Below, one piece after another: positions 61,111 through 64,000 of a stretch of DNA of 64,000 nt (position 1 is the first letter of the stretch; every line of letters starts with the position of its first letter). A program made the translations under genes and the position numbers. The DNA lies in assembly GCA_944358265.1 (NCBI GenBank), contig CALVQR010000001.1, positions 5,042 through 69,041 on the forward strand, read 5' to 3'. This DNA comes from an uncultured Bacilli bacterium (lineage in GTDB: Bacteria; Bacillota_I; Bacilli_A; RF39; UBA660). Below the pieces are notes generated by a model that saw only the letters and a list, made by a program, of their open reading frames with translations, ran no database searches and was not told the DNA's origin.

Positions 61111-61270
61111 TTAAAAAAAATAACGCCTATATCACAATTTAGGAATTTTTCAAGTTTTAACATTGTTTTACTTTCAATATTATCTAAAGAATTAGTTTCA
61201 ATCATAGATATTGTTGATCTAGATACCCCAGATTTTATTGAAAGAGCTTCTTGGCTTAAACCTTGTTTTT
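61111..61270 (-). CDS. Cro/XRE-family HTH protein lacking a canonical start codon (possible pseudogene)
   Basis: Reverse frame encodes ...NNRIKEFRQKQGLSQEALSIKSGVSRSTISMIETNSLDNIESKTMLKLEKFLNCDIGVIFF. There is no in-frame ATG/GTG/TTG between the upstream stop and the HTH, despite a GGAGG RBS nearby. Confidence 0.4.
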
Positions 61271-61386
61271 GTCTAAATTCTTTGATTCTATTATTCCTTT
61301 TTACCTCCTATCTCTATGTTAATCATACACTACACTTTTTTACTTTGTCAACAGTAAACAACAATTTCTTTATTTTTTCCTTGAAT

Positions 61387-61410
61387 AATTGTAAAGTATG
61401 TATTACAATT
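61387..61410. promoter_or_regulatory. Candidate operator: perfect 8-bp inverted repeat AATTGTAA-N8-TTACAATT between divergent Cro-like and CI-like genes
   Basis: Lies about 20 bp upstream of the CI-like gene start (61432) within TTGAAT...TACAAT promoter-like hexamers. Confidence 0.4.
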
Positions 61411-61431
61411 GTCGTAAAGGAGATGTTTTGT

Positions 61432-62121
61432 ATGAATTACATAGGTAGCTTTATAAAAAATTATAGAGGTGATATGTCTCTAAGAGAATTTGCTGATAAA
61501 TGTGGAATTAGTCATACACATTTAGATAGTATCGAAAAAGGATTCGACCCTAGGACTGGAAAACCTGTAAGAGTAACGGTTGATACATTAAAAAAAATAG
61601 CATCTGCTATGAATATGTCTGTTAATGATTTGTTAATTCAATCTGGTGACGTTAAATTAGAAGAATTAAATTTTGACAATGCAGAACTGGTTTCGCCAAT
61701 AAAAGAAAGTATAAAAATACCTGTATTAGGTAAAATTCCTGCAGGAATGCCTTTTGAAGCAATAGAAGACCAATATACAATTGATTTTGAAGAAATACCC
61801 TATTCTTGGTTAAAAGGAGGAAATCAATTTTTTGCTTTAAAGTTAGATGGTGACAGTATGGAACCAGAATATCACAACAATGATATAGTTATTTTTAAGA
61901 AAACAAACACATGTAAATCTGGTCAAGATTGTTGTATAAAAATAAATGGGTATGATGCTACATTTAAAAGAGTAAAAAGACAAGAAAATGGAATTATGAT
62001 TATTCCACTTAACGAAAATAATTCAACAGGTTTTACTGCTACTTTTTATACAAACGAAGATATAATAAATAAACCAATAGAAATTATTGGAGTTGTCAAA
62101 CAAATAAGAAGAAATATTTAA
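61432..62121 (+). CDS. CI/LexA-like repressor: XRE HTH plus S24 peptidase domain
   Basis: N-terminal HTH (MSLREFADKCGISHTHLDSIEKG), C-terminal S24 motif LKLDGDSMEPEYHNNDIVIFKK and Lys in TFKRVKR. Start trimmed to MNYIGSF behind an AAGGAG RBS. Confidence 0.75.
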   Translation: MNYIGSFIKNYRGDMSLREFADKCGISHTHLDSIEKGFDPRTGKPVRVTVDTLKKIASAMNMSVNDLLIQSGDVKLEELNFDNAELVSPIKESIKIPVLGKIPAGMPFEAIEDQYTIDFEEIPYSWLKGGNQFFALKLDGDSMEPEYHNNDIVIFKKTNTCKSGQDCCIKINGYDATFKRVKRQENGIMIIPLNENNSTGFTATFYTNEDIINKPIEIIGVVKQIRRNI

Positions 62122-62189
62122 ATTTATAAAATATTATAAAAAATATATTTATTAGTAAATTTTTTAATAGATGTAAAGGAGGTATAAGT

Positions 62190-62783
62190 ATGAAATATTG
62201 CACTAAATGTGGGAATCAATTAAATGATAATGCTATCTTTTGTACTAAATGTGGTATAAATTTGATTAATGGTTCTACCAATTCAAATAACACTATACAA
62301 AATATTAACAATATATCATGTCCAAAATGTCATAGTAATAATATTAATTTTCAAGTTATTAATGAAAGTACACTTGTGACAAAACATCACGGAATATTAT
62401 GGTGGTTATTAATTGGATGGTGGTGGATTTTTGTTAAATGGATTTTTCTTACAATACCAGCATTAATCTTTGCTATATTTGTTGGAAAAAGAAAAAAAAT
62501 AAAAAATACTACAAAAAATTGGAATCATTTTTGTGAATTTTCAAAAATAATAAAAATGTTCTTTTTAAGTGATTTTAACATAATAAGATTAATATACAAT
62601 AGTCAAATAACAGATACAAGTAGAATTGAGATATATCCAATTGATATATTATCCTCATTGGATATTGTCAATACTGCGATGAAATCTATAATGACATCAA
62701 GTAATGCTAATTCTAGGTCAGATAAATATGTGAATTTAATATCTATAGGTAAAAAGTTTTATGAGTCAGTTATAAATTCATAA
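62190..62783 (+). CDS. Membrane protein with N-terminal double zinc ribbon
   Basis: CTKCG...CTKCG...CPKCHS followed by a Trp-rich TM segment (ILWWLLIGWWWIFVKWIFLTIPALIFAIFV). Confidence 0.5.
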   Translation: MKYCTKCGNQLNDNAIFCTKCGINLINGSTNSNNTIQNINNISCPKCHSNNINFQVINESTLVTKHHGILWWLLIGWWWIFVKWIFLTIPALIFAIFVGKRKKIKNTTKNWNHFCEFSKIIKMFFLSDFNIIRLIYNSQITDTSRIEIYPIDILSSLDIVNTAMKSIMTSSNANSRSDKYVNLISIGKKFYESVINS

Positions 62784-62794
62784 GGAGGTACCAT

Positions 62795-63274
62795 ATGTCT
62801 AAAATTAGTAATGTATTAACAATGCTTGAATATTTAAGTACTGGAAAAAAATATAGCATTTCTGAATTATCTGAAAAATTGGAAGTAAGTCCTAGAATGA
62901 TTAGAGTGTACAAAGATGAGATTGAAAAAGCAGGCATTTATATAGATACGATTAAAGGTCCATATGGTGGATATGTTTTAAATCAAAATATAAATGTTCC
63001 TAAGAGATTTATAACTCCTAATACTATTGATATTAAAAATAAGGAATTTTATAATTTAATTAATAGAGCAATTAAAGAAAAAAGAAAATGTTATATAGAA
63101 TATTATTCTAAAGATAAAAAAGAAATTTCTGTAAGAACTATTCATCCATATGATTTGATTTTACTTGGTTCAGAATGGGGAGTCGCAGCTTATTGTGAGA
63201 AAAAGCAGGAAATAAGACATTTTTATATAAATCGCATTAAAAATATAAAATTCCTAGAAAATTTTTATAACTGA
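62795..63274 (+). CDS. HTH-WYL domain transcriptional regulator
   Basis: N-terminal HTH (ISELSEKLEVSPRMIRVYKDEIEKAGIYI) and a C-terminal WYL-like block IHPYDLILLGSEWGVAAYCEKKQEIRHFYINRI. Confidence 0.6.
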   Translation: MSKISNVLTMLEYLSTGKKYSISELSEKLEVSPRMIRVYKDEIEKAGIYIDTIKGPYGGYVLNQNINVPKRFITPNTIDIKNKEFYNLINRAIKEKRKCYIEYYSKDKKEISVRTIHPYDLILLGSEWGVAAYCEKKQEIRHFYINRIKNIKFLENFYN

Positions 63275-63331
63275 CATATATATTTCCTCTTCTTTTGCTA
63301 TTATGTAATTAGCAAGGGGGGAGGTTTTATA

Positions 63332-64000
63332 ATGATTAAACATACACATACTAAACCTACAGAATTTAATTTTTCTAAATTAGAAGAAAGAATAATGCAG
63401 GTTAATGATCCAAATTTAGGTAAATATAATGATATAAGAGAAATATTATATGAATTAACTATAGAAAACAAACCAACATTAATTATAGCTACTGGTGGTT
63501 CTAAAGTTATTGCATACTATTTACAATTAATTATTGAAAGATTAGGATTAACTGGAATAATTTGTGAAGTAATTGAGCCAAGAGATTATTTTTATAAAGC
63601 AAATAGAGAAATGTTTTCTAATTTGATTGCCATTTCTGCAAGTGGCAATACTAATGGGATTAATGAGGCTTTGCTGGATTTTAAAGGTAATAAATATTTA
63701 ATTTCAGAAAATAAAAAAGATGTTAATTATCAAGTTATATCTTGGGGAAATGAACTTTATGATAAGGAAAAGAGTTTTATATCTTTGGCTACTAGTTTAG
63801 GACCAATATCATTACTTCTTGATTCTACTATTTCACTAAATTTAGAATTAGGTTCAAGTGAAATAAAGAAAATAAATGATAAGATAAAAGAATTACTATC
63901 TAGAAGTGCAGAAAAAATAGATAGATTAAATGTTGATTTTAAAGACACTTCATTAATTCAGATTATGAGTGGATATGAAACAAAAACATCTTCAAGTGTT
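63332..64000 (+). CDS. SIS-like / Rossmann-fold protein; N-terminal 223 aa only, the gene runs off the window end
   Basis: LIIATGGSKVIAYYL...GIICEVIEP...LIAISASGNTNGINEAL resembles the SIS phosphosugar-binding fold. GGGGGAGG RBS. No stop before the window end. Confidence 0.35.
   Translation, partial: MIKHTHTKPTEFNFSKLEERIMQVNDPNLGKYNDIREILYELTIENKPTLIIATGGSKVIAYYLQLIIERLGLTGIICEVIEPRDYFYKANREMFSNLIAISASGNTNGINEALLDFKGNKYLISENKKDVNYQVISWGNELYDKEKSFISLATSLGPISLLLDSTISLNLELGSSEIKKINDKIKELLSRSAEKIDRLNVDFKDTSLIQIMSGYETKTSSSV

Noticed and set aside
63757-63948. Minus-strand 63-aa ORF
   Set aside because: Antisense to the longer, RBS-preceded SIS-like ORF that begins at 63332 and stays open to the window end.
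1-64000. Searched for tRNA, rRNA, tmRNA or RNase P-like GC-rich conserved blocks and for CRISPR repeat-spacer arrays
   Set aside because: No GGTTCGA-type T-arm contexts or rRNA-like conserved stretches were seen. Non-coding regions are uniformly AT-rich apart from the short hairpins noted above. The only periodic repeats are protein-coding (LRR, cadherin-like, Cna-B).

Overview
This is a very AT-rich (about 25% GC) Clostridium-type window; gene content (rubrerythrin, dockerin-bearing LRR protein, gerQ/CotF spore genes) suggests a C. perfringens-like genome. It has three parts. (1) Positions 1 to about 10.1 kb form a plasmid-like mobilizable module, all on the minus strand: partial MOBP-type relaxase, MobC, candidate oriT, SSB, sortase plus a thioester/Cna-B surface adhesin, replication initiator, ParA/ParB and a metallophosphoesterase. 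It ends at a C-terminally truncated Amidase_3 gene. (2) About 10.6 to 50.2 kb is core origin-proximal chromosome in B. subtilis-like synteny (soj-spo0J-mscS-DUF951-transporter-ychF-rpsF-ssb-rpsR-rplI-dnaB, then yycJ/rlmH/ung/rubrerythrin/trmL/uppP/rmuC/mtnN). It also carries a co-transcribed cohesin-like/cadherin-like anchor plus LRR-dockerin surface pair, rpsI-rplM, cdaA-cdaR, nrdDG, crp, a DD-carboxypeptidase, CotF-like spore coat genes and uvsE. (3) About 50.6 to 64 kb is an accessory island inside a decayed prophage lysogeny/replication module (CI-like S24 repressor, Cro-like and HTH_17 small genes, frameshifted dnaD-like gene). It carries eight co-oriented genes of unusual composition: 2H phosphoesterase, divergent ATP-grasp-like protein, zinc ribbon, SUKH-type immunity-like protein, two large unknowns, a histidine phosphatase and a DUF4365-like nuclease-fold protein. 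A CI-like / zinc-ribbon membrane protein / HTH-WYL regulator operon follows and leads into a partial SIS-like gene at the window edge. I read this island as the most likely uncharacterised conflict (defense or anti-defense) system in the window. No rRNA, tRNA or CRISPR array was recognised. All calls come from reading translations and motifs by eye; no database search was possible.
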